Origin: Lama glama
Taxonomy: Eukaryota
Assembly (NCBI GenBank): GCA_028534125.1
Contig: CM052817.1
Span: 7,752,001 to 7,816,000 of the forward strand
Direction of reading: 5' to 3'
Length of the DNA stretch: 64,000 bases
The notes beneath the pieces are model-generated. The model ran no database searches and was not told the DNA's origin. It worked only from the letters and a program-made list of their open reading frames with translations. Shown in pieces: positions 25,391 to 37,279 of the stretch. A program made the position numbers and the translations under genes. Numbering within the stretch: the first letter of the stretch is position 1; every line of letters begins with the position of its first letter.

Positions 25391-25734
25391 TCTTCTCCAG
25401 TCTCATTGGTAGAATGAATCTCTCTGTTTTGTTTTTTTTTTTAAGTAATCAGGATTCATTGATTGTTCTTCTATTCATACATTTAGGCAAAAAAAAAAAA
25501 AAAAGTTGAGGAGAGACCACAGGTCATTTGGATGTGGTGTGACAAGTCTTTATTCTTTAAGTTAAGAGGAAATGTGAATATTACCCAACACAGACAAAAC
25601 AGAAACAGGATTATTGATTCATAATTTCTAAAGCTGATTTCAGGTGCTAGTGATAGTTACAAAAATCGGCAGACTGCTCTGTAACTTTAAATTCTAGAAT
25701 AGCTACCCATAGCCTTAGGTATCATTTTGGGTTT

Positions 25735-26270
25735 TTAACATCTTCTTAAGGTATATTTAAATATCATAAAATCCACTTCTTTTCATGTGTGTAATTCAAT
25801 AATTTTTACTTAACTGACCAAGTGGTACAACCATCACCATAAGTCAGTTTTAGAAAATGTTCATCCCCCAGTAAGATCCCCTGTGCTAATTATAGTAATC
25901 TCCATTCTTACTCCTTATCCCAGACAACCACAGATCTACTTTATGTCTCTGTAAATTTTCCTTTTCTGGATGCTTCATATAAATGGAATCATAACATGTG
26001 GCCCCTTGTGTCTGGCTCTTTTCACTTAGCATATTGTTTCTGAGGTTCTGCCACAACACAGAATGCATCAGTAGCTTTTTCCTCATTATTCCATTGCACG
26101 GATACACCATATTTTGTCCATCCATTTTCCATCCATTTTCCACTTGATGGGCATTACGTTGCTTCAACTTTGGGAGCTATCTTGAATAAAGATGCTATGA
26201 ATATTTGCATCCAAGTCTGTGCATGGGCACTTCTTTGGGGGAGATACCAAGAAGTAAAATTTCTGGTCTA
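25735..26270 (-). mobile_element. Old LINE-1 3' end (L1MB/MC class)
   Basis: ccagacaaccacagatctactttatgtctctgtaaattttccttttctgga...cttttcacttagcatattgtttctgaggtt. Confidence 0.85.
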
Positions 26271-27066
26271 TTTAATGCTTTTATTCAATCCTCTGACACA
26301 AGTTTATTCATTGGCTATACATCTGTAGAAGTAAGCCATGCCCTTTGGAAGGCTATTAAGTGAATAAAATTTACTCTCTTGTGGGGGAAGTAAGCCATGC
26401 ACACAGAAACAGATAAAGTGATGTCCTAGATAGGTATATTTTAGAGGAGGGAGAGATTGGGTTCAGCAGCAAAACAGGCAGATTTTCTGGATGAAGTGGC
26501 CCTTGTGCAGAGACCTTGAAGAGTAAACAGGATTTCAATCGCTGGACATTTCCAATGCAGGTCACTTTATGCTAACTCCCCAGTGGTGTGCTTATTTATA
26601 CACTGTGTGAGGAAGGGCAGTCAAACAGATTTGAGGGTCAGCATTTATGTGCTCCAGGACCGACGACTCAGGCTCTCTCTAAGAGTACATCTAAATTCTC
26701 AGAGTCTTAGTTTTCTCATTTGAAATAAGAATCGGTCCTTCCTCTTGAATCTTTGCTTCCCTTACCTCCAACCTACCACAGGGTTTGAGAAGTCCCTGAG
26801 CCACTGGTTATAAAGGAGCTTCAAGAAAGTATAAGACTGTTTTCAAATCTAAACACAATGTTTTGTAGAAATATGTTTATATGACAACTGTCTTAAAGGA
26901 AGACGCCTTCCATATGTTAGCTGATACCCGTGAGCTAAGCTATATTTTAGGACAACAGAGAGCCCTGCATGATTTTCAGCAGGTTTATCTCTCTGATCTC
27001 CTTGGTGTCAGCGTCCTCTTTGGTAAATTTAATCTAACCACACTAGCCTTCCTGTTTCTTTAATAG

Positions 27067-27639
27067 TTTTTTTTTTTTTTTTACTGAAGTATAGTCAGTT
27101 TACAATGTATTAATTTCTGGTGTACAGCATAATGTTTCAGCCATACATATATTTGTTTTCATATTCTTTTTCATTATAGGTTACTACAGGATATTAAATA
27201 TAGTTCCCTGTGCTATACAGAAGAAACTTGTTATCTATTTTATATTTACTAGTTAATATTTGCAAATCTCAAACTCCCAATTTATCCCTTCCCACCCCCC
27301 TTCCCCTTTGTAACCATAGTTTGTTTGCTATGTTTGTGAGTCTGTTTTTTAGATTAGTGTCTTCTTTTTTCTTGTTTGAGATTTTTATATATGAGCGACA
27401 TCATATGGTACTTTTCTTTCTCTTTCTGGCTTACTTCACTTAGAATGACAATTTCTAGGTCCATCCATGTTGCTGCAAATAGCATTATTTTATTAGCTGA
27501 GTAGTATTCCATTGTATAAATGTATCACATCTTAATCCAGTCATCTGTTAATGGACATTTAGGTTGTTTCTATGTCTTGGCTATTATAAATAGTGCTGCT
27601 TTGAACATTGGGGTGCATGTGTCTTTTCAAATTAGAGTA
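27067..27639 (-). mobile_element. 5'-truncated lineage-specific LINE-1 3' end
   Basis: Poly-T then the antisense of the 1401/5592-type 3'UTR and ORF2 end; imperfect TSD ttt(c/a)tttaatag at 27055-27066 and 27640-27651. Confidence 0.94.
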
Positions 27640-27906
27640 TTTATTTAATAGATTGAGCTACATATCCCATCAGTCTCCAAATTTACTATTCCCTTTCTAA
27701 GAATATTCTTCTCTTCAGAATTCCAAAAGTTAGCTCCTTTTTATTTTCCATAATTTACCTCTAAAGCCACCTCCTGATGGAGATCTTCACTGACTACCTT
27801 GTGTTAACAGTGACACTGCTATATGTGGTGGACCTGAAATGAGGTAGGCATTCAACACATATTAGCTAAAATGAATCATTCCTATTAATTACATCACTCT
27901 GGACAC

Positions 27907-28335
27907 TGTATTAGTTTGCAAGGGCTGCTATAACAGAGTACCACAAATTTGTTGAGATTTGGTGGCTTAAAGAACAGAAATGTATTATCTCACAATTCTG
28001 GAGGCTAGAAGTCCAAAATCAAGGTGTCAGCAGGGTTGGTTCCTTCCGAGGGCTGTGATGGAGAATTTTTCCCAGGTCTCTCTCCTTGCTTTGTAGATGG
28101 CGTCTTCTCTCTATTTCCCGTAATACCACCTTCCCTCTATTGTGTGTTTCTGTAGCTGAATTTCCCCTTTTTATAAGGACACCAGCCATATTAGATTATG
28201 GCCCACCACCCTAATGACCTTATTGTAACTTTTATCTCTGTAAAGACTCTATCTCCAAATAAGGGCACATCCTGAGGCCCTGGGGGTTACACTTGAACAT
28301 ACGAATTTTAGGAGGACACAATTCAACCCATAAAA
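27907..28335 (-). mobile_element. ERVL-MaLR solo LTR (MLT1B-like), full length
   Basis: Starts tgtattagtttgcaagggctgctataacagagtaccaca; ends ggaggacacaattcaacccataa. Confidence 0.93.
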
Positions 28336-31109
28336 ACACTACTATTCACACTGCTACCAAAGGGTGTTGCTTCAAAAGGAAATAGTTCTGGGAGGAACAC
28401 CAATGCAGGTTGTGGTTTGATGACTCTAAGCAAAAAGCAGACAATTGTATTAGAGAGCTGGCCTGTTGGAGGACACAGTGCATTCATATGCACCTGACTG
28501 ACTTAGAAAGTTCTCCGTGAGGCACATCACTGTCTCAATGAAGCAGCCATCCTCCCAGTCAGTTAGATGAGCCAAATCAAATCGGTACTCAGTAAGGAAA
28601 CATAACTCTCCCCCAGGCTCTTCCCTCATCCATTGTGTAAAGTCAAGAACAAATTTAAGTCTGCGAACACAGACTATTCAAATACTAAACTAATCAAAAA
28701 GGATGGGGTCAATCAAAGGTAACAAAGTTAACTGAAAGAAAAGTCAAACTCAGTTGTTTCTCTATTTTATTATTTACTCAGCTTTCTCTGGTTTATCTGC
28801 TTTTTGATAAATGAAGGTCATTGTCCATATACAACCAGCCTGAGTTTGCTGCACCACCTAAAAGAATTTGTTCTTTGAGGGGCCAGGGTATAGAACATCA
28901 TTAAATAAGGAGAGATGAGAATTTCAATTTTTGATAAGCAACAAAATCTCTGAAGTTTAAATGATTATTTGCTCATGAGGAGATAAGAATAAATGTTAAT
29001 GTGTAATATTCGACATATCGCAAGAGAATTTGCAGTTCAGTGCTACACTGAACAAGCAGAACAAGGGCTGTTTGAAAGCTGAAGAAACTGGGAGGGAGAT
29101 CATGAGACTTGGCCAAGGAGATCCACTGAGCACTTTAGGCAGCGACATACAAGCTGAGTTGGGGACTCTGCCTTCCAGACTCCAAGGGCAGCACATTTTC
29201 CTATAGATTCTACTTCCCACAGCTACATGGGGAGACTTGGAGGAAAGGGTAGGTCCACTTTGTCGAAACATCAGTCTTGGTCATATCAAATATTTATGCG
29301 TAAAGTCTCCTCTCAGGTCACCTAGTGGGTGGGGTGGATAAACATCATCTGATGCCCAAGGGCATATTACTGCTACTCTACAAATCTGGACATGGAACTT
29401 GACTTCCTTTGCAAATTTCTAAGCTCACTATGTGTGTGTGTGTAAGTGCATGTGCGTTAAATATCAATCAACTACCAGAAAATATGACTATGAGTAAACT
29501 AGGTCAGGCAGAAACCAAGGACAAGGAGAAGTAATGAATCCACTGATGATGGCAGTACCGACCTCCCAGATGAAAATGCTAATCTCAGTTTTTAACTTAG
29601 ACCTCTTTGGCCCAAGAAGATACGGAACATGTGAAAAATCCATATGGAAGACGTAGAAGTATTTTTCAGAAAATTAGGATCTAGGCTCAAGAGAGATGAA
29701 AATTTCTTCAGAGACGCTTGCCAAAGTACCTCATCGAGGACACGTGGAAACAGACCAAAGCAGCTTGTCAGGCCGCCAGGGAACATACTTTTTAAAAATA
29801 AGTTTGTCATTTATCTTGGTAACTACAATCCAAGACTGTAGAACATTAGGAACGTTAGAAACCTAAAACGTTGGAGAGGCAGAGAGAATACGTTTCTTTT
29901 TTTTTTTTTTAAGTTATAAAACTTGGAGTTGAGCATCTTAATGTTCAACTTGCTGCGACATCAGAGGAGGTCAGCATGGGAAACGTAGAGCCCATTCCCA
30001 GCTTGTTCCAGGCCAAAGCGCAGCTGTTGTGGCAACAGCCTCAGTCGCTTATTTCTTTTCTTCTCCTTTGGCTACACTTTCCCAGCATATATGTCGAGTA
30101 ACAGCTGCACCGCATAGGAATTTATAATAGGAAAGAGGTATCACAAATCATCATACCCAACATTTGATCAAGGGAGTCAGTTCACTTTTCTGAATCTCAG
30201 TGCCCTCAGTTAAGCAATCTAATTAGTGGAAAACCACGATGACTAGACTACAGGTCGCTAGATTTAATAGAGGGAAGACATTTCAGATGGTAACCTCAAG
30301 TGGAAGAATGCGCCACCATCCGCAGTGCCAATCCTTAACACCGGACCCAAATCTTCACAGCTGCCAGGTCTGCCCCAGCCTGGGGAAGGGCTCTGTGATG
30401 ACAGCCACCCGGACCCTTGTGCCACCACTGCCCCAGAATTCCATGTCCTCTTCTCTCTGCTTTGGAAACCAGGCCCCTATCATCCCTGGCTGTGAGACTC
30501 ATGCAGACTCCCTTACCTCAGATCAGACTCACCCAACAAATATTCATGCTGAAATAAATACATATATATGTATACATACATACATATGTATATTTTGGCT
30601 AAATATTGTCTTATTGATCAAGTCTTCAAATATGAAGAATTGATTCTGATAACAGGATTTAGGGCATGTAAGCCTCTAACTGCTGTAAGACCAGTTTCTA
30701 CAAGGTGGAAAATAATTAAACAAGCAATTACGAAAAGATTGACAAGTACCAGCACTCTCGGTGCAGCAAATACTGAAAGGACAGGGGTGATTCTTTGGAG
30801 GAACCATCCCTATGTCCTAGATAGATAAAAACATTCTGTTAAAGGGGAAAAAAACCTTAAAACCATAGGGTCAGATTCCTAGTAAAACTGGGTGTGAGGT
30901 GCACTGAAAGAGAAAATACTTAACTCTGTCTTGGGCCTGGGGGCATAAGGCTCAGGGACAACTTTCTCTCTGCACCTCAGTTTCCAGATGAGTAAAACGC
31001 TAGATACCAACAGTAGCCAGTGGTAAGGCTGTGGTAAGGATTACATTTACAAACATACATAAAGGGCCTCCTTCAGTATATATGTATGATATTACTATTA
31101 CTAAAGACA

Positions 31110-31385
31110 ATAAGTCTGGCGTACAGATCACCTGACATCACATTCAACAACAGGAAGAGCTCCAAGTGTTTTGTCTTAGCATCCCTCCCCTTAAGACTCA
31201 AATTCCAGGCAGAGAACCTCTGATTGGCCTCGCTTTGGTCACATGGCCATCTCCTGGCCAGGGGAGGCAGGCCACCTTGACAGACAGTCTCATCATGGGG
31301 ATATCCAAAGTACGACTGGAGTGCTATTCCCAGACAAAGAGGGGGTAGATGTTGGGCGGCAGGAACAACATCTTCTCAGCAACCA
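31110..31385 (-). mobile_element. ERVL-MaLR LTR fragment (MLT1K/L-like)
   Basis: ctctgattggcctcgctttggtcacatggccatc...gggggtagatgttgggcggcag. Confidence 0.6.
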
Positions 31386-32639
31386 TATGAAGTACCGCAG
31401 AAGGAAGAGGGAGGCTCATCAAGCTTAAGCACGCAGCCCAGGGATTTGAATAGAGAACTTGCCTGAGTTTAGAGCCCAAGAGCATCACTATTACAGTTTT
31501 TCCCAGGGCAGCAAAATCTAGGCTCTCTCCACTACAAGCAAATTGAGTTGGGACTTAAAAGGAGGATGCGATTCCAAATGGCAGAGACATAAAGAGGAAA
31601 AAGTGGGAAATGACCCTCTGCTAGGGCACACATTTCATATTTGCAGCATTCCCTTCAACTAGGGGAGCCAGTATCCTTTGTAAATGTTACAGCAAGGAAA
31701 AAAAAAAAAGCATGCTTGGCGTTTCCTCTGAGACTCACAAACATTCTACTAAAGGGAAAGCAATCCAAGGCAACATTTGTTTAAATTAAAAATAACAATA
31801 AAAAGAAAAACTTGACATCTATTCCCGGCCAAAAGGTTGAGTATTAAATAACATTTAAATTTGGCTTTGATAAAAAATGTATGTTGTTTTGGATAGCTAT
31901 ATTTAAGCAATTTTTGCAAGCCTCAGAGGGAACTAAAAATGCCTTAATTGCTTCCTCGTTTTTACATACTCTATTACATGGAATTTCAGCCGCATCTGTC
32001 ACCACATTACCAGTATTACAAAAACATTGTATATTTTATACATGGAAGAACCTCAAATACCTGAAAATACCTCCAAGTGTCTGAGAAGCCAACTGAGTAC
32101 TTTTTAATGTACTTAATTTCTGGTTATGCCTGGATGTCTGGGGTACACTTAAGGACTTTGTTTTTGTTTTTTTTTTCTTTTCCATTCAAAATATGGAATT
32201 TTCCATTAAAATCCTCCCTCATCAACATACTCATGAGGAGGGTAAATGTCATCTTCTAAAAAACAAGAATAGGTTACTTGATGTTTTAGAATGTGAAAAC
32301 TTATGTCAGGGGTTAATAAGACAAAGCAAGTGGTGAATGAAAAATGAAAAAACATTTCGGAAACACCTACCACGAACCAGGCAAGTAACTAGACCCTCCC
32401 ATTTCAGTATCTGAGAGTGCTGGTATTACTCATCTCGTCCAGGGGTGTCGCCCTTTGGAGGTGAGGGAACTGGAGCTGAGAAGCAGTTTGCTCAAAGTCA
32501 CACAATAGTGAAGTGATGAAACTGGGTTTTAACCCCCACAAGGGAAGACACAAAACCGCATATGAATTTTTACAAGAGCCTATGGCCTTGAGTCTGTGTC
32601 CCTTTCACAACCCTCAATAATCTGTAAGATGAAAACAAA

Positions 32640-33062
32640 ACAGCGAGTCATCGGTGCCCTGCCTCAGTGTGAATTCTAGCTTTCCCTCCGTCCCTCGGTG
32701 ACCGCCACGCCTGCCAGCCTCGGGCTTTACTCATCTCCCTGATCCACGTCTGTCCTAGGATTGCCACGTGCCACTACCTTCCCAGCCTGTGACAGTCCAG
32801 AAGCTCTGGAAACTGATTTCCCAATTCTCCACTCCCCATCAACCCCAAACTTGTCGCCAAGTTTTGGCCGTTTCATCTGCATACCTCTCACAACCGCCCA
32901 GCCCCCTTTCCCTGCCGCCTTCCTGCCTCCGGCCCGGGGCTCTGAGCACTGTCGGTGCTGGGCCGAGCCTTCTTTTCACTACCTGCCCACGCCTAGCAAA
33001 GAGCCTGAAGCAGGCCGTGGGCTCGGTAAATGCCGGCTAAAGGGAAGAGTAAATGAAGGAAT
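32640..33062 (+). mobile_element. L2 LINE 3' fragment, GC/CpG-shifted
   Basis: 3' end gcctagcaaagagcctgaagcaggccgtgggctcggtaaatgccggctaaagggaagagtaaatgaa is colinear with the L2 3' terminus. The 5' boundary is uncertain. Confidence 0.6.
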
Positions 33063-33549
33063 AAGCACATTACTCATGCTAGTGGTGAGCAAACTCTGTA
33101 TGAGATAACAGAGCATTACAAACAATATTATTCTGGCCTTCAGAAGTCATTATTACTTCTGCATCTCTGCTGTTTCTGGCTGTTCTCTTTGCTCCAATCA
33201 GAAGCATCTGTTTATTGTCCCATGAGTTCACCTTTCCCTGCTTCCCTAATATGCTGGCTCTCTCACTGTGCCTAGCGTGCATCCCGACTGTAGTTGGACA
33301 GATACCATATGCATGAACCCACACCGCCTGGCCCCAGCTTTCCTGTATAAACAAATCTTACCCAATGAACTCCAAAGTTAAGGTAAAATACAGTTACTAT
33401 TGTTTTTTTTTTCTTTTTTTCTTTGTGTGATCGATGCCTATGGGTGTTTTCAAAGGCTCATCAGAGTCACCTCCACTGCGAAGACTTTTCTGACCCGTTC
33501 CCCTCGCTAGTTTCTTCTGTTAGGATTCCTAGTTCATTCAGATGATGCG

Positions 33550-33980
33550 TCTGTCTGGGTCCGGTCAGGAAAAGAGCAGGCCATGCCAGAGAGCACAACC
33601 GGGTGATTTAATATAAGGAACTGGTTGCCTCGTTGTTGGAGGGGCTAAAAGAGCAAAGAGGATACGGTGAGAGCACACAGAGGCTGGCAGTGGCAGGAAA
33701 CCACTGTCCCTGCCAGGCCTGTGTCCCAGGAACTCAGGATTTACACTCACCCCTGCCGTGGGCGGCTGCCTGCAGGAGCCAGAACAGCCAGCAGGGAGGG
33801 ACGCAGACAGACTGCCACTCGCACCTTCCCCACTGTCTAATCTCCTGAGAGGTTCTCCACTGGCCAGCTGATGAGACAGGCCGGCCATGCACTCAGCAGA
33901 GGTCACTCCCTGTGATACAGAGCAGAACAGGGGAAGGGTATGGAGTGGATCTGAAGGCCACAAGCAGAACATACCACACA
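33550..33980 (-). mobile_element. ERVL solo LTR (LTR33-like)
   Basis: gggtccggtcaggaaaaga...tttaatataaggaactggtt...gggaagggtatggagtggatctgaagg...accacaca. Confidence 0.7.
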
Positions 33981-36915
33981 TCAGACAGCTGTGTATTTTG
34001 GGTTATTTTTACATATAGACAGGGAGCCTCCTTCAGGCAAAGACCATGCCTAGCCCATCTGTGTGTCCTCAACACCACGGACACTGTCTTCACCTGGACC
34101 TTTGCGAATAAGTAAAAGAAAAAGGAGGAGGAGGAGGAGGGGGAGAGGAAAAGGACTCCAACAGTATGAACGAATAAAAGTGATAATGTTTTTGAATAAC
34201 ACAAAGAATTTTTCAGTCTTTTGGAAGAAGTGCAATCTGCTCTTGTTAAATCCTTGAAACCTCACTGATGGCTTACTAACCGCTCTCCCCCCCCCCCCCG
34301 CCCACTTACATTCCACTGTTACGGTTCTATGTACTCTTTCCTTTTTTTCATTTTTCATTCTGTGCAAGCAAAACTGGCATTGTACTTATTTTAAATAATT
34401 TATATATATACACATATATATATTTGTTTGATTGATGACTTGGTATTCATTTTGGTTACCTTGCATTACTTTGTTGCTTATGTAAATGGAAATCCTGAGT
34501 AAAGTAGCTCAAACCACTAAGGGGATTCCACGGGAGGATGTCATCAGGTGTCTGATGGGATTCCCGAGCTGGGTTATTGCAGTGGGAAGAGGTGTGAGCT
34601 GGGGCCAGCGCTCTGCAGAGGGTAGGAGACTTTTCCTGCCGCACCTCCCACTTCTCCGTGTGCATCTGCTTTATCCTCGTCTCTCACTCCCTAGTCGGTG
34701 GGACTGGTGGGGAGTCGCTTCTTTTCCTGCTCTTACTTTCAGGCACCCACAGAGATACTAAGCTCAGTTTTTATTCTAAAATTCTTGAAGAAGTATCTTG
34801 AATGGCCCAAATTAGGTCCGGCGCTCACCCTTGGAACAACGGATGCTGCCAAGGTGCAGGACCATTTGACACGAACTTGGTGCGTCTCGTGGAAACTATG
34901 TGGAGGGATTAGGAGATGGGGACAGTGCCCAGGAGGGAGCGCGGAGTCCCGGGCAGCTGTCTGACAAGTCCTCACTGCAAGCCTATGTCAGGGACTACAA
35001 CACAATATATGTGTTGTGAACAAGGAGTCTCAAAAGATGGATGTAAAGGGGCTACAGTAAGATACACTTGAGAAACTCTACGGGCTGGACCTCCTTGTAG
35101 AGAGCCATGGTGCACATTAACATATTAAAAGCTCTGAGAAGTCCTGCAGCTAACCTAGCATTTATCAAGCATTGACCATGTACCCCTTCTCAGAACATTA
35201 ATGTCTCCCCCAGATACTTGAGATGCACTGTTGAACCAGGTTGACTCTAACAGTCATCACTCAGAGCCCCCAATTCTAGTCCAGTTTTCTCATACAGGCT
35301 CCTTGAAATTAACCAGGACACTCAGTGTTTCCTACCTGGCTTTCAGGTTTACATGCCTATTTAAATAACATGTCCTGTCTATTTAATAAGGACACTGACT
35401 TGCAGTTGGCTTCAGGCTCCATGGCAGTGGGGACAATATCCGTGACCCACGGACTAGCCCTCTTGATCTGGGCACTCACCCTCCTTGAGCCACTGTGTGT
35501 TCACCTCGAAGAGGATGTCATAATACTTACATCAGAAAATAGAAACTGAGTAAGGTAATAGAGGTTAAACATCTAGCAAAGCACTTGTCCAGCAGGAAGT
35601 TTTTAAGAGGTAGGCATTGCTTTCCTTTCATTGTCCATACCCAAAAGATATGCACACAACATTCAGAACTTCATGTCACTGAATTCAAAATCAGTATCTT
35701 CCTTCTTTTCCTGTCCTCTTTATCCCTCTTTCCTTTCTCTCTTGGTGACCTCTCTCCTTTCCATCCCTTCACCTACTTTACTCATTCCTTGCTGCTTGCT
35801 TTCTTCTTTCTAAGACAGTGCCCCCTTTAAACTGCAAAGCATCTGTGACATGAGAAAAAACGTCTGCTGGTAAAGTTTGGTCTTAAGAACCCTCAGCAGG
35901 AGTAAGGGTGGAGAATTCAGTGGACAGAGCCTGAGGCCAGGAGTGCACAGGACTTGCAGCACTGCACATGCTGGAGACTTCTGGGATGACCCTCCAGATG
36001 TGAAAGAACCAGGAGGATGGATTTCTAGTCCCTCCATTTTCATATGCACTCCGAGGCTCAGAACATGCTTGATACCAACAGTACACCTCAGTGATGGGTT
36101 AATTACTAACATTTTTAGATGTTTTCCATGCAGTATTTTTCTTATTTTCCCCCTACTCCTCCTCCTTCTGATGCTTCTCTTTTCATTTTTAAGACAGTTT
36201 AGCCTCAGAAGTGCTCACTGTGTCTTAGCTCCTCCGTCCATGAAGTATTTCCGAGTATCCCATTAGATTCATTACTAAAGTTCCTGCTTCTCTCTTTTCC
36301 CTTTGTAAAATCATATATGCAAATTAGCTTATTGAAATCTATGAAGGACCTACTATGTACAAGGCAGGGTGATTAGTACTTTGGGGTGACCTTTCTCTGG
36401 GTATCTCAGAGTATTTAGATACCAACTTGATGTGACAGAAATCCACGTGAAAGTTTCTGCTTCCTCAGTGCTTGTGTATCTGGCAACAAGAAGACAGTCA
36501 CACAGGAAACTGTTTCTCAATACCGGGAATTAAAACCTTGGTTTCTAAAATCACCTGTAAACATCATCCCAATTCCTTGCAACCACGATAGGCTTACTTT
36601 TTAGCCATTTCCTAATTACAAACATTCCACTATGCTCTCTACAGCACCCATTTCTGAGGAGTCCACATTATACGGGAGACAATGTTAGGCTCTTAGGAAA
36701 TAAAATGAGTAGAAAACAAGAGAGAGTGATACATTTCACAGGAGGTCAGGACCTACTCTGAGTGAGAGACCAGTATTGCCCCCTCAACTTTCCGTATCTG
36801 TCCTAAGGTTGAGCAGGAGGTACCGTGGAGCAAAGGAGGTGAAGCTATTCAGAGCAAAGAAAGAACAAGAGGACCAAACAGTTCCATCACTCCAGCTCAC
36901 AAACACTCTGTTCCT

Positions 36916-37279
36916 CTGCGGCGGATTTTACTGTCGTTCCTACACATGTTCGCTCCCTTCTTGTAGGTGGACTGCACACCCTCCCACCCTATCCCATGGA
37001 TGCTGAGTTTGGCCATGCCATTTGCAAGCTGACCTGATGCACACCCTGTCTACGCAGAAGATTTAAAACCCATTGCATACATTTCTGCAGGCTCTCTCCT
37101 GCTCATTTCTCTCTGAATAAAGACAGCAAGTCGCCAGCAAGAGCTGTTCCTTCATCCTGCTTCCTGGGTGGCAGCCGGCCCACGGTAGCCAACATGTGAG
37201 AAATAAACACGTCATAGCCTTTGAGATTTGGGGGGGGGGAAGTATTTTTGTTTTTAATGCAGCAAAACTGAATCATACA
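36916..37279 (+). mobile_element. ERVL-MaLR solo LTR (MLT1I-like)
   Basis: tttggccatg, ctgttccttcatcctg and aacatgtgagaaataaac motifs; ends gcagcaaaactgaatcataca. Confidence 0.7.

Noticed and set aside
30086..30137. Plus-strand exon after a pyrimidine tract ending ...ttcccag
   Set aside because: Stops in all three frames and a weak donor (GAG|GTATCA).
36556..36570. miR-30-like 5' end TGTAAACATC
   Set aside because: Only 10 nt match, the remainder differs from miR-30 members, and no precursor hairpin is evident.
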